In this document: one piece after another, positions 19,596 through 30,231 of the stretch
Layout of the letters: each line of letters starts with the position of its first letter
Position numbering within the stretch: the first letter of the stretch is position 1
DNA from: Dehalococcoidia bacterium
GTDB lineage: Bacteria > Chloroflexota > Dehalococcoidia > GIF9 > AB-539-J10
Reading direction: 5' to 3'
Assembly: GCA_003552465.1 (NCBI GenBank)
Contig: PULQ01000053.1
Location: 1-50,411, forward strand
Length of the DNA: 50,411 nt
Made by a program: the position numbers and the translations under genes
Notes under the pieces: generated by a model
What the model saw: the letters and a program-made list of their open reading frames with translations, nothing else
What the model was told of the DNA's origin: nothing
The model's database searches: none

Positions 19596-20345
19596 CTAGC
19601 GCTGGATCACCCTGTACCCGACGAATATGCGGCCGTCGGGGCAGGTCCGGCTTTCGATGGCCTCCAGCGACACCGGGGGTTCGTCATATCTGAGGTCGGG
19701 CGATGCGAACAGCACGGGGGTGTCGAACCCGCCGATGATCACCGGGTTGAAGCGTATATGGACCTCGTCGAGCAGGCCGAGCTTGAGCAGCGCGCCGGCC
19801 AGCCTGCCGCCGGAGCTGGTGAGGACGGTCCTGACTCCGAGCTCCTCCTTCATCTTGGTCAGCGCCAGCGCCAGGTCTACCCTCTTCTCGCCGGCGACCA
19901 GGTACGGGATGCCGGCCCTGCGCAGGAACCCCAGGTACTCGGGACACACGGCGCGGGACACAAGATGCATCAAGGGCCTGTCTTCCTCTCCGGTATAGCC
20001 GCTCCTCAACCTGCCCCGCCCGTCCACCGCCGCCAGCCAGCCTTTCCGGCCCGGCTTTTCGATCACCTCCCGGGGCAGGTGGTCCCGGTAGAGATCTTCG
20101 GGATCGCCGTCATACGGGGCGAGTCTCCGAAGCTCGGCGCCCTCCCTGACGATCATGCTGCTCCCCTCCATGTAGACGTCGGGTTGATAGCGTTCCTCGA
20201 AGCTGCCGTAGAACTGCTCCCACTCTTCGCGAGTACCCAGCACCTCGTCCCGTTTGTCGAGGTCGAACATTGTCCTGTTCGGCCCGAGCGAGATACGCCC
20301 GTCTATGGAAGCGGATACACACAGGATCACGTACGGTCTATCCAT
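19596..20345 (-). CDS. RibD C-terminal / dihydrofolate-reductase-family protein
   Basis: RPYVILCVSASIDGRI, GGRLAGALLKLGLLDE. Confidence 0.85.
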   Translation of the reverse strand: MDRPYVILCVSASIDGRISLGPNRTMFDLDKRDEVLGTREEWEQFYGSFEERYQPDVYMEGSSMIVREGAELRRLAPYDGDPEDLYRDHLPREVIEKPGRKGWLAAVDGRGRLRSGYTGEEDRPLMHLVSRAVCPEYLGFLRRAGIPYLVAGEKRVDLALALTKMKEELGVRTVLTSSGGRLAGALLKLGLLDEVHIRFNPVIIGGFDTPVLFASPDLRYDEPPVSLEAIESRTCPDGRIFVGYRVIQR

Positions 20346-20471
20346 GTAAGTTCACCAGAGGGATATTGCTGCTCGTCGGTCTATGCTCTTCGGCGAGTGC
20401 CGATTCTAATGCCTGTGGCTCGAACGTGTCAAACGATCCTGCAGCCGGAAAGAGGGGTGGTGGATGCCGCC

Positions 20472-22073
20472 TCACGCCCTTTCTCGGTCCCGCAGTACCG
20501 AGCGGAGCAGCTTGCCCACAGGCGTTTTCGGTATCTCGTCGATGAACTCGACTTCCCGTATGCGCTTGTACGGAGATACCCTCTCAGCGCAGACCTCGAT
20601 GAGCTCGGTCGCTGTGGCGGTGGAGCCGGCCTTCAGCACTACATACGCCTTGGGTATTTCGCCCGCCAGGTCATCGGGCCTCGCCACCACCGCACACTCC
20701 CTGACGGCGGAGTGTTCGTAGAGAACGGCTTCCACCTCGGCCGGAGCGATTGTGTGGCCCTTGTACTTGATGGTCTCCTTCTTCCTGTCCAGGATACGGA
20801 AGTAGCCCGATTCGTCCATCACGGCCAGGTCGCCCGTGTGTAGCCAGCCATCGCGTAGCGCCTCACGGGTGTCCTCGAACCGGTTAAGGTACCCTTTCAT
20901 CACCTGCGGCCCCTTCACTACCAGCTCGCCCCGCTGGCCCGTAGGTAGCGCAACCCGGCCGGTCTCCTCGTCGACAATGCGGGCATCGGTGTCGATGCCC
21001 GGTACACCGATCGTACCCGGTATTATCTTCCCCGGGGGTGAATTGTGGGTCTCAGGCGATGCCTCGCTCAGACCATAGCCGAGGACCATCGTGACACCGG
21101 TCAATCGCTGCCACCTGTCGGCGATCTCGGGCGATATCGGCATGGCACCGCTCTTGACATATCTCAGGCCGGAGAGGTTGTATCGGGATACATCGGGACT
21201 GTTGACAAGCGAGTTGAACATGGACGCAGCGCCGTACATCACCGTTGCTCTCTCCCTCTCTATCGTTGCCAGGAGTTCCCCGGCCTGGAAGTGGGGTACG
21301 ATTATCACTTCGGCACCGCTCCAGATAGGCGAGTTTAGGCAGGCGCAACCTCCCCAGCTGTGGCAGAAGGGAAGCACCCCGATGATCCTGTCTTCATGGC
21401 TCCAGCCGAACCAGGCGGCGTTCTGCATGGCATTGGCTATCAGGTTGGAGTGGGTGAGCATGACCCCTTTGGGCAGGCCGGTGGTTCCTCCGGTGTATAC
21501 TACAACGGCCACGTCCTTCTCTGGATCTATGGACGGCCGTGGTGGCTCGCCCGTACTGCTCTCCAGCATGCTCCTGAGCGAGACCGTCCCAGGTGCCTCT
21601 CCTCCATCGGCCAGGACCACCGTCTTCAGCGACGTTCCCGGCTGCGCCTCTTTGACCACTGAATAGTGGTCGTTGCAGGTGATCAGTATGGTGGCTCCGC
21701 TGTCGCTCAGGGCATGTCTCAACTCCGTCTGCCTGGACAGCGGGTTCACGGCGGTGACTGTGCAGCCGGCCTTCAGTATTCCGTAGTACGCGACGACGAA
21801 GTCAAGACCGTTGGGCAGCAGGAGCACCACCGTATTGCCGCTCGTTACTCCGAGGGAGTGGAGGCCGGCGGCCAGCCGGTCCGTAACATCGTCAAGCTCC
21901 CGGTAGCTGAAACTCTGCTTGCCGCAGGCAAAGGCTGTGCTCCCGGGCCACTTCGCCGCCGCCGCGGTCAACAGGCCATAGAGGGGCATCGACGGGTAGT
22001 CAAGTGTCCTGGGAACGCCTTCCGGCCATGAACTGAACCATGGCCTGTCGGCTTCTATCGAGTATTCTGTCAT
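20472..22073 (-). CDS. Long-chain fatty-acid--CoA ligase (AMP-binding family)
   Basis: YTGGTTGLPKG, GYGLSE, WLHTGD, PKTPVGK. Confidence 0.92.
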   Translation of the reverse strand: MTEYSIEADRPWFSSWPEGVPRTLDYPSMPLYGLLTAAAAKWPGSTAFACGKQSFSYRELDDVTDRLAAGLHSLGVTSGNTVVLLLPNGLDFVVAYYGILKAGCTVTAVNPLSRQTELRHALSDSGATILITCNDHYSVVKEAQPGTSLKTVVLADGGEAPGTVSLRSMLESSTGEPPRPSIDPEKDVAVVVYTGGTTGLPKGVMLTHSNLIANAMQNAAWFGWSHEDRIIGVLPFCHSWGGCACLNSPIWSGAEVIIVPHFQAGELLATIERERATVMYGAASMFNSLVNSPDVSRYNLSGLRYVKSGAMPISPEIADRWQRLTGVTMVLGYGLSEASPETHNSPPGKIIPGTIGVPGIDTDARIVDEETGRVALPTGQRGELVVKGPQVMKGYLNRFEDTREALRDGWLHTGDLAVMDESGYFRILDRKKETIKYKGHTIAPAEVEAVLYEHSAVRECAVVARPDDLAGEIPKAYVVLKAGSTATATELIEVCAERVSPYKRIREVEFIDEIPKTPVGKLLRSVLRDRERA

Positions 22074-22250
22074 GTCGATGCCGGACCGGTGCCCGACCGC
22101 CCAATATCATAGCACGTTCGGACCGTCCGAACCGGGGTGGCTGTTCCTTTCCGGATGCGTGCATGCGAACAGCGGGACGGCGGACGGTACGTGGGTTCCT
22201 GCGCCGAGCAGCTATCATCGGCGGCCGTGCCCTTCGTGGGGATTCCCCTG

Positions 22251-24038
22251 TCAGGGCAGCAGCATGGAGCGAGAGAGCTCCTGCTCGAATCCAGGGTGAA
22301 GGGCCAGCTCGATGTATCTGACGCTGCGGGCGATATCCAGGGCCACGCCCCGGTGCTTCTTGGAGAGGAGCGCCAGCCTGGCGCCCACGCCGGCCGCGTT
22401 TCCGACCTGCCTGAACTTATCAAGCGGCAGCGCAGGGAGCATGCCTATGAGGATGGCGCTGCGGACGTCGATGTAGCTCCCGAATGCGCCGGCAATCACC
22501 ACTTCCTCGATCTCATCCTCCGATATGCCGGCTTCGTGGAGCAACGTGTTGATGCCGGTGCGGATGGCCGCCTTGGCGAGTTGGACCTGCGCGATGTCGC
22601 CCTGGCTCAGGACTATGTCCTTACCTGTGCCGCTCGCGTCGGCGTTCGCTATGAGGAACTCCCGCCCATTGTCGCCCCGGCGGACCAGCGGGTGATCATG
22701 CAGCCTCGCCCGCTGATCCATGATCTCATTCCTCCGCAGCTCTGCGACGGTGTCCAGGATGCCGGAACCGCAGATACCGATGGGCGGAGCATCGTCGATA
22801 ACTCCCAGTTCAACGCCCTTGCCGGTGATCTTCACGCTCTCAATGGCGCCGGCCGCCGCCTTCATGCCATGCCTGATGTGCGCGCCCTCGAGCGCAGGAC
22901 CGGACGCGCAGGAGAGGCTGACGATGGCTCCTTCTCTGGCCAGCGATACCTCTGTGTTCGTCCCGATATCGATGCCCAGTACGGTGTCACCGGACTTCCA
23001 GATGCCCGCCGCCATGAGCATGGCCACGTGGTCGCTTCCCACAAAGCCGGCTATGTTGGGCAGCAGGTATACGTATGCGCCCGGCGCTATATGAAGCCCC
23101 AGGTCGCGCGCCCTGATATCCAGCGAGCTGCACACCGCCGGCACATATGGAGACTGACCCAGCTGGCGTACGGGCAACCCCAGGAACAGGTGGTGCATGG
23201 CCGTGTTACCGGCCAGGGTCATCTCCACTATCTGCCCGAGATCCGTGGTCATCTCCCCGAGTATCTCATTTAGGGTGTCGGTCACGCTCTCACGCAGTTC
23301 AGGTCCACTGCCTTCCATGGCGGAGCTGATCCGGCTCATCACGTCCTCTCCGTAGGCGACCTGAGGGTTCGTCGCCCCCTGTGCGGCGACCGGCTCGCCG
23401 GTTCGCAGATCGACCAGGTGGACTGCTATCTTGCTGGTGCCGAGGTCGACCGCGGCTCCGAGCAGAGGCCGGTCGGCCGGGTATACGTCGATGGCCTCGC
23501 CGTTCCTGATGGCGATGCCGACTGCAGGTCCCGACGATCTAAACACTTCGGGCAGATGTCGAAGCAGGGGTAGATCGGGGCGAATGCGCTCCAGTCCCGC
23601 TCCCTTTACCAGGCTCTCATCCATGTTCTCCCAGTCCGGCAGCGGATTCTCCAGCGACGGCTCGGGCAGGTGTACCTCGTATTCGCGCACCGCGGGGTCC
23701 AGTTCGCTGTGCTCGTCCGTGCCCAGCAGTTGCAGCTTCTGCCCGGTGGCCATCGAAGCCGGAGGGACGTATACCTTGAGATCGCTCAGTGGACGGGCCT
23801 GGCAGGCCAGCCGGAGACCATCGGCGATATCATCTTCGTTCAGGTTGGCCTTCTCCCTGTCGCTCAGGGGCGAGACTTCGCCCTTGAGCACGCGGATGCG
23901 GCATTGACCGCACGTGCCCCGGCCACCGCAGATGGAGTTCAACGCAATGCCGGCATTCCTGGCTGCTTCGAAGATGGTGGTTCCATCACTGGATGTGACC
24001 CGCAGCCCGAGCGGCTCGAACCATATCTTGTGCTCCAA
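22251..24038 (-). CDS. RACo/ASKHA ATP-dependent reductive activator of corrinoid proteins with N-terminal 2Fe-2S domain
   Basis: CGGRGTCGQC...RLACQ, DLGTS, GEDVMSRI, DIGTNTE, GPALEG, GICGSG, AGAFGSY. Confidence 0.92.
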   Translation of the reverse strand: MEHKIWFEPLGLRVTSSDGTTIFEAARNAGIALNSICGGRGTCGQCRIRVLKGEVSPLSDREKANLNEDDIADGLRLACQARPLSDLKVYVPPASMATGQKLQLLGTDEHSELDPAVREYEVHLPEPSLENPLPDWENMDESLVKGAGLERIRPDLPLLRHLPEVFRSSGPAVGIAIRNGEAIDVYPADRPLLGAAVDLGTSKIAVHLVDLRTGEPVAAQGATNPQVAYGEDVMSRISSAMEGSGPELRESVTDTLNEILGEMTTDLGQIVEMTLAGNTAMHHLFLGLPVRQLGQSPYVPAVCSSLDIRARDLGLHIAPGAYVYLLPNIAGFVGSDHVAMLMAAGIWKSGDTVLGIDIGTNTEVSLAREGAIVSLSCASGPALEGAHIRHGMKAAAGAIESVKITGKGVELGVIDDAPPIGICGSGILDTVAELRRNEIMDQRARLHDHPLVRRGDNGREFLIANADASGTGKDIVLSQGDIAQVQLAKAAIRTGINTLLHEAGISEDEIEEVVIAGAFGSYIDVRSAILIGMLPALPLDKFRQVGNAAGVGARLALLSKKHRGVALDIARSVRYIELALHPGFEQELSRSMLLP

Positions 24039-24161
24039 CTGTACACCTCCCGTGCCGGCTGTCCAGGCGGTGATCGCCCGCCCTTGTGATAGGGATGACC
24101 CGTCCGCGGGCCAGGTCGGGACTCGACCTGCGCCAGTGTCGATACCGGTATGGGTGCGCGG

Positions 24162-24629
24162 CTAGTATAGTTCAGGGCAACGCCCGTAGTAAAGCCCGGC
24201 CGCCTCCCTCGAGAACCAGAAGCCTGCTATGGTGTCCAACACCCTGTCCCTGTTGCTCGACACGATGAACAGGTCGATGTCGCTCTCGGGAACATCTGTC
24301 CCCCGCACGCAGCGCCCGGACAATACTACGCGTTCGGAAATCCTCTTCAGTGCCTCCACGAGCGGCTCGATTAGCAGTAGGTGCATCGGCTTCATGAACC
24401 CGGTGAGCAACCCATCAGAGCGATGAACAGAGTAGGAGTACATCTTGCCCTGTTGCCAGTGCAGTAAGACTCCGGACGCGAACAACTCATTCAATGCTTT
24501 GCTGGCCGAACCTGTGGATACTCCCGATCTGCAGGATAACTCGCGCTAATAGAATCCGCTGTCCGAGAACCTCACAGGCAGACTGAGCACTTTCTGCTGT
24601 GTCGTGCTGATCAAGTGTGGCTGGATCAT
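24162..24629 (-). pseudogene. Degenerate HTH plus nucleotidyltransferase gene
   Basis: MIQPHLISTTQQKVL...GFY*RELS...ALNELF...SDIDLFIV is one frame with a TAG at 24546-24548; the GS motif has decayed to SGRCVRG. Confidence 0.75.
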
Positions 24630-24783
24630 CCTGTGTCTGCTCGAAATGTTCAGTATGTGCTCATTATGAGGAGCGACACTCCGGAACTCAAGGCACTGAA
24701 ACTCCAGGGATGCGACCCTGATCGGCGATGCTGTCCACGATGTCGATGTAATGCGGGAATGTGCCCCGATGTTGACAGGTTGA

Positions 24784-25875
24784 CAGGGCGGGTATGAGTT
24801 TGCCGAATGGAGCGGAGACCTGGATACCGTCGCCGACCCGGATGCGGCCTCGACCAACATCACCATGGAAGGTGACTACACGGTAACTGCTCAGTTCAAG
24901 GCCGAGGAGATACCGGTTGTCGAGTACACAATGGTGACGACCTGGTACGACCTGCATGATGTCAGGGACAACTTGAGCGGCAACTACCGCCTCGCCAACG
25001 ACCTGCATTTGGGCATGGCGGACTATGCGGAACTGGCGGGTACGGGAGCCGACGCCGGCAAGGGCTGGCAGCCCATCGGTAACTGGGAGGTCAAGTTCAC
25101 CGGCACTTTCGACGGGCAGGGATACTCGATCAGCGGCCTGTTCATCGACCGCCCCGACCTGATCTACGTAGGGCTCTTCGGCTATGTCAGTCCTGGAGGG
25201 GTCATCGCGGGTGTGGACCTGGCTCACACAGGTGTCATCGGTCATGAGATGGTGGGTGGCCTGGTCGGGCGCAATGAGGGCATGGTGGTCAACTGCGCTG
25301 CCATGGGCAGCGTCGAGGGCAGGAACTACGTCGGAGGGCTCATAGGGACCAACTTTGGAGGCGAGGTGAACAACTCTCATTCCAATGGCAGTGCGAGAAA
25401 CACCAATAACTACCGTCTCGGAGGCCTGGTGGGATGGAACACGGGAACTGTGAGCAACTGCTCCTCCCTCGTGAGCGTAACCGGCTACAACCTGATCGGC
25501 GGACTGGTGGGCAACAACGAAGGCACCATCACCAACTCGTTCTCTGCGGGCACCGTGACCGGCATCGGGCAGTACCTTGAGGGCTACCCCTCGGTCGGAG
25601 GCCTTGTGGGCGTGAACGAGGAGGGCGGAGTGGTAAGTGATTCCTTCTGGGACGTCGAAACCTCAGAGATCGATGAGAGCCACGGAGGGACGGGCAAGAG
25701 CACGGCTGAACTGTCGGACATCCTGACCTTCACGGATACGGCGACGGAAGGACTGGACTCTCCCTGGAACATAATTGCCGTCGATGACTTCGATGAACGC
25801 GATACCGGCTTCATCTGGAACATCGTCGATGGCGTCGCCTGGCCCTTCCATAGCTGGCGTACGATCATGATCTAG
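24784..25875 (+). CDS. GLUG-motif surface protein, apparently 5'-truncated (possible pseudogene)
   Basis: Half an InlB-type repeat (GYEFAEWSGD...NITMEGDYTVTAQF) lies in frame before the ATG at 24865 and after a TGA at 24781; no signal peptide; paralog of 13016-14116. Confidence 0.75.
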   Translation, partial: QGGYEFAEWSGDLDTVADPDAASTNITMEGDYTVTAQFKAEEIPVVEYTMVTTWYDLHDVRDNLSGNYRLANDLHLGMADYAELAGTGADAGKGWQPIGNWEVKFTGTFDGQGYSISGLFIDRPDLIYVGLFGYVSPGGVIAGVDLAHTGVIGHEMVGGLVGRNEGMVVNCAAMGSVEGRNYVGGLIGTNFGGEVNNSHSNGSARNTNNYRLGGLVGWNTGTVSNCSSLVSVTGYNLIGGLVGNNEGTITNSFSAGTVTGIGQYLEGYPSVGGLVGVNEEGGVVSDSFWDVETSEIDESHGGTGKSTAELSDILTFTDTATEGLDSPWNIIAVDDFDERDTGFIWNIVDGVAWPFHSWRTIMI

Positions 25876-25956
25876 GCCGCTCGGAGCCACGAAGGTGGGT
25901 GCAGGCCGGTGTTACCCGGGTTGTGGTGGGGCCGGTAAGCAGAGTGCTGGCCGGTT

Positions 25957-26808
25957 CTAGCCAGGGAGGTCACGGTAGGTCTGCTGGAGGAGCAGGGCGT
26001 CCTGCTCCAGGTAAGGGGTGCTCTCGCAGATGACGACGCCCCTTGCCCCGCGTTCTTTGAGCGCCCTGAGTAGCTCGACATAATGGAAGTCCGAATCCTC
26101 GAGCATCATGTGCTTGATCTCTCCCTTCAGGCCGTAGGCGATGCCCGAGACGTGTATATGCATATCGTCCAGTGCCCGCCTGCCCAGCCCGGCCTCGACC
26201 CGGTCGAGTATCTCCAGGAACTCCGGGTACGAGTTAGCCTGCCCTGTCCGGGCATGCCAGTGTGAAAAGTCGATACAGGGGGCAACTCCCTCCAGTTCTG
26301 AGCTGAGCTGAAGCAGTTCATCCACCGTCCCAAACTGGGAGGACTTCCCCGCTACCTCGGGGCGGATCATTACCGTGTTGCCCTCGTCTCTGAGAATGTC
26401 CATCACCTTCTGCAGCTGCCTCTTGACTGCCGTGTAGGTATCGGCAGGGCTGTCTGCCAGGTAGAAGGCGGCGTGAAACGTGATGCTCCTCGCGCCGAGA
26501 AGGGCTGCGATGCGGGCGGTCTGAAGAATCCTCTCTTTGCTCATGTGTACCTTCTGCCTCTCCACGGAGTTGAGGGTGATGTAATAGGGCGCGTGGGCGG
26601 TGAGCACGATCTGCTTCCCGGCGGCCAGTCCTCCCGCGGCAGCTGCGACCTCCGGGCTCATCTTTACACCCTGGACGAACTCGACCTCCATGCAGCCGAG
26701 GCCGAGTTCGGCGATCCGCTTTATGCCGGCCTCTGTGGAGCGCGACTCAGCGCTCGCGGGCACTCCTCCCGTGCCGAAGAGCAGACCGTCGAGTGCTTGC
26801 GTAGTCAT
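25957..26808 (-). CDS. nfo: Endonuclease IV-like TIM-barrel AP endonuclease (archaeal-type)
   Basis: MEVEFVQGV, HAPYYI, FHAAFY, CIDFSHWHAR, HIHVSGI. Confidence 0.85.
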   Translation of the reverse strand: MTTQALDGLLFGTGGVPASAESRSTEAGIKRIAELGLGCMEVEFVQGVKMSPEVAAAAGGLAAGKQIVLTAHAPYYITLNSVERQKVHMSKERILQTARIAALLGARSITFHAAFYLADSPADTYTAVKRQLQKVMDILRDEGNTVMIRPEVAGKSSQFGTVDELLQLSSELEGVAPCIDFSHWHARTGQANSYPEFLEILDRVEAGLGRRALDDMHIHVSGIAYGLKGEIKHMMLEDSDFHYVELLRALKERGARGVVICESTPYLEQDALLLQQTYRDLPG

Positions 26809-26860
26809 ACCATATCCTTCCGCTCACCAGCACCGTGCAGGTTGATTCGGTAGACGAGGG

Positions 26861-27781
26861 TCATCGTGTCTCCTCCTTCACCAGTTCTTTGTATGCTGCG
26901 TGCAACGCCTCCGTCACAGGCCCCGGCTTGCCGGTGGCGACGGGCTTGCCCTCAAAGCGTGTCAGGGGCATGAGTTCCAGTATGGAGTTGGTGAGGAAGG
27001 CCTCCTCGGCCCCGACCAGTTCTGTCAACTCCACCTGCCTTTCCTGTATCTCGATGTGCAGAGCCCGGGCGATCTCGAGCACAGCCTCGCGTGTGATGCC
27101 GGGCAGCACGCCGCTGTCTATCGAGGCGGTGATTAGCACCGTCACCCGGTCGCTCGCTTCAAGGGAGGGGGACTCCCTGACCATGAATACATTGGTCATG
27201 GCGCCCTCGGCGATATCGCCTCTCTCATTGAGCAGGATGGCCTCGTCGCACTCCGCGTCCTTCGCCTCCATACGGGCCAGGATGTTCTCCACGTAGCAGG
27301 TCGACTTGATCCGGGATAGAGGAGACTGGCTGTTGCGACGCAGTGACGAGAGCATAGCCGTGTAACCTGACTCATAGCTCGCTGCCGGCTGGGGAACCAG
27401 ATGCCTGGCGGTGACCAGTACGGTGGGCTCCCGGCATGTGTCCGGATCGGGAGTCATCTCGCCTTCACCGGCCGTAACGGTGAGCCTGATCCGGGCGTCC
27501 TTGAGCTTGTTGGCCTCGAGTGTGCTGTGACATGCGGCCTCCAGCGACTGCTTTTTGGTTGCCAGGTCCAGGGCGGTGATGATGTCGTCTGGCAGGCAGA
27601 GGCTGCGTAAAGAGCTTCGCAGGCGGGCCAGGTGGCGGTCGAGCCGGAAGATGCACCCCCCGTAGGAACGCATGGTCTCGAACAGCCCGTACCCGTAGAG
27701 GAAGCCGTGGTCGAACGGAGATAGCCGTGCTTCGGAGCGGGTAAGCAGCCGGCCGTTGATGTAGATGATTTCTTCGGTCAT
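26861..27781 (-). CDS. pabC: Class IV aminotransferase / aminodeoxychorismate lyase
   Basis: DHGFLYGYGLFETMR, EGAMTNVF, LPGITR, EAFLTNS; overlaps the upstream pabA. Confidence 0.75.
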   Translation of the reverse strand: MTEEIIYINGRLLTRSEARLSPFDHGFLYGYGLFETMRSYGGCIFRLDRHLARLRSSLRSLCLPDDIITALDLATKKQSLEAACHSTLEANKLKDARIRLTVTAGEGEMTPDPDTCREPTVLVTARHLVPQPAASYESGYTAMLSSLRRNSQSPLSRIKSTCYVENILARMEAKDAECDEAILLNERGDIAEGAMTNVFMVRESPSLEASDRVTVLITASIDSGVLPGITREAVLEIARALHIEIQERQVELTELVGAEEAFLTNSILELMPLTRFEGKPVATGKPGPVTEALHAAYKELVKEETR

Positions 27782-28374
27782 GTCGCCTCTACCCTTGCTT
27801 CCCACGCCGGCTTGGAGAAGCGAAGGAAGTTCCTCAGGATGTCATGTCCCACCTCGGTGAGGATGGACTCGGGATGAAACTGGACCCCCTCGACCACGTG
27901 GTCGAGGTGCCTCACACCCATGATCGTGTCCTCGGCCGTCCTGGCGGTGACTTCAAGACAGGAAGGGAAGCCTTCGTCCTCGATGATCAATGAATGGTAG
28001 CGGGTAGCGGGGAAGGGATTGGGCAGGCCCTCGTAGATGGTCCTGCCGTCGTGATGGATGATCGAGGTCTTGCCGTGCATCGGCGGGCTCCGGCCGACGC
28101 TGCCCCCGTAGACATGGCCGATGCACTGGTGTCCCAGGCACACCCCCAGTATGGGGATCCTGCCTCCGAAATGCCTGATCACGTCGTTGGAGACGCCCGC
28201 TTCCAGAGGGGTGCCCGGCCCGGGCGAGATGATTATGTGAGTGGGGGCCATTTCCTCGATCTGGCCCGGAGTTATGCGGTTGTTGCGGTGGACGTCGGGC
28301 TCCCGCCCCAACTCGCCCAGGTACTGGGCCAGGTTGTATACGAACGAGTCGTAGTTGTCTATTACCAGTACCAT
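27778..28374 (-). CDS. pabA: Aminodeoxychorismate/anthranilate synthase component II (glutamine amidotransferase)
   Basis: IDNYDSFVYNL, SPGPG, GVCLGHQ, RYHSL, QFHPES; start uncertain. Confidence 0.88.
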   Translation of the reverse strand: MVLVIDNYDSFVYNLAQYLGELGREPDVHRNNRITPGQIEEMAPTHIIISPGPGTPLEAGVSNDVIRHFGGRIPILGVCLGHQCIGHVYGGSVGRSPPMHGKTSIIHHDGRTIYEGLPNPFPATRYHSLIIEDEGFPSCLEVTARTAEDTIMGVRHLDHVVEGVQFHPESILTEVGHDILRNFLRFSKPAWEARVEAT

Positions 28375-28600
28375 CCTCCGAGATTGCATCAAGGGGAGCG
28401 TACTCTCTGTCCCGTCTCTGTCCCGTGGGTCATTGCCCGTAGCTTGCGGTCTTTCTGGCGCAGGCACAATCTGATATATTATAGCTGAAGCGACTCTGCT
28501 TAGCTATGGGGTATGTTCGTGTACTGGCGCGTGGGTTGGAAGTGGGATCACGCCGTAAAGCTGCTATGCCGGGGGAGACTCCGAACAGGGAGGTGTTGAT

Positions 28601-29023
28601 TTGAGCCCTTTGCTGGAGACGATACTGAGACTACTGCTGGCTACCGCCCTGGGAGCCGGCATAGGATTTCAGCGCGAGAAGGCAGGGAAGAAAGCAGGAG
28701 TCCGCACCCACACACTGGTGAGTGCGGGGTCGGCCCTTTTTACCCTGGCGTCGATATACGGGTTCGGCGTTGGCGAGGCCGATGTGTCACGCGTAGCCGC
28801 AGGAGTCGTTGTCGGCGTCGGTTTCATCGGTGGTGGGGTCATACTACGCGGCGCGCGTGAGGAGGAAGTGGTGGGGCTCACCACCGCGGCTACAATCTGG
28901 GTCACCGCCGCAATAGGTCTCTGTGCTGGGGCGGGCATGTACCTGCTCTCGGTCGTGGCCACCGCGGTCATCCTGGGCGTCCTGCTACTGTCCAGGCTTC
29001 GCGGTCACGACAGTCATCATTAG
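28601..29023 (+). CDS. MgtC/SapB family membrane protein
   Basis: AGVRTHTLV, SRVAAGVVVGVGFIGGG, GLTTAATIW. Confidence 0.9.
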   Translation: MSPLLETILRLLLATALGAGIGFQREKAGKKAGVRTHTLVSAGSALFTLASIYGFGVGEADVSRVAAGVVVGVGFIGGGVILRGAREEEVVGLTTAATIWVTAAIGLCAGAGMYLLSVVATAVILGVLLLSRLRGHDSHH

Positions 29024-29115
29024 CTGAAGCCGCATCTAACTGCTGGGTTAGGTGGTCCGGGTGAGGATAGAGACCCGGGGATGTTGACGGACTCTCTGAA
29101 CAGAGGGCAACCGAT

Positions 29116-30231
29116 ATGCTGAAGATTCTACACACGTCGGATATCCACCTGGGGGCAAGGTTTGCGGGTATGGCGGATAGAGGCGCCGCCCAGAGAGAGC
29201 AGCTGAGGACGACCTTCAAGAAGGTCATAGCCACGGCCCTGGAGGAACGTGTCGGGATCGTGCTTATCGCTGGTGACCTCTTCGACTCCAACCAGCAGCC
29301 CCAGAGGAACGTCGACCTGGTTATCGAACAGTTCTTGGTGCTCAACAAAAACAGCATCCCGGTCTGCATAGTTCCTGGCACGCACGATTCTCTCGATTCC
29401 TCGTCGATCTACAGGAAGGTCGACTTCGACAAACGGTGTCCGAACCTTACCGTCTTCGCTGGCGAGGAGATGTCTTTCGTAGAGTATCCTGACCTCGACC
29501 TCACTGTATACGGCAGGCCTAATCTCAGCAACCGTTCCTACGCAAGTCCACTTAAGGGCATCCATCGTACCACCTCCAGTAGGTTTCATGTCGCCATGGC
29601 CCACGGGTCATTCTACATCCCGGAGAAGACGGCGGAGGACGACCACGTCTTCAGGCTGGAGGAGATTCGCGAGAGCGGGATGGATTATCTGGCACTCGGG
29701 CACTGGCATCGTGCATGGAGTTGCTGCGATAGGCCGGCTGCCTGGTACTCCGGTCCTCCGGAGTGGATACCCGACCAGAGGGAGAGAGGGGTCGTGCTCC
29801 TGGTAACGCTCCTCGACTCCGGCGGGGTGAAGGTCGAGCCCAGAGAAACAGGGGTCCGGGACTTCGACGAGGTAGAGATCGACATGAGTGAGATCCAGAG
29901 CAGGGCCATGCTGGAGGCGGAGATCTCGGTTGGAGCTGGCCGGGACCTGGTCAGAAGGATCACTTTGCGAGGGCTGCGGGATGCCGAACTCGTGGTGAAC
30001 ACGGAGGAACTGGAGGCAGAACTGGGCGAGGAGTTCTTCCATCTCAGTGTTGCAGACAGGTCTCATCCCAGGATCGGGCACGTCTCTGAGGATGCCGAGC
30101 GGCTGATAAGAAACAGGTTCATCAGGCTGATGAACGAGCAGATAGAAAACGCGGAAGGCGAAGAGCGGGAGATCGCCGAGAGTGCCCTGCAGTATGGGGT
30201 CGCCCTGCTGGACGGGAGGGAAGTCCTGTAA
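29116..30231 (+). CDS. sbcD: SbcD/Mre11/YhaO-family DNA repair nuclease
   Basis: HTSDIHLG, AGDLFD, PGTHD, AHGS, DYLALGHWH. Confidence 0.88.
   Translation: MLKILHTSDIHLGARFAGMADRGAAQREQLRTTFKKVIATALEERVGIVLIAGDLFDSNQQPQRNVDLVIEQFLVLNKNSIPVCIVPGTHDSLDSSSIYRKVDFDKRCPNLTVFAGEEMSFVEYPDLDLTVYGRPNLSNRSYASPLKGIHRTTSSRFHVAMAHGSFYIPEKTAEDDHVFRLEEIRESGMDYLALGHWHRAWSCCDRPAAWYSGPPEWIPDQRERGVVLLVTLLDSGGVKVEPRETGVRDFDEVEIDMSEIQSRAMLEAEISVGAGRDLVRRITLRGLRDAELVVNTEELEAELGEEFFHLSVADRSHPRIGHVSEDAERLIRNRFIRLMNEQIENAEGEEREIAESALQYGVALLDGREVL

Noticed and set aside
24546-24548. Pyrrolysine readthrough of the in-frame TAG
   Set aside because: The gene also has a decayed catalytic motif and no pyl genes are present; a GAG-to-TAG nonsense change is simpler
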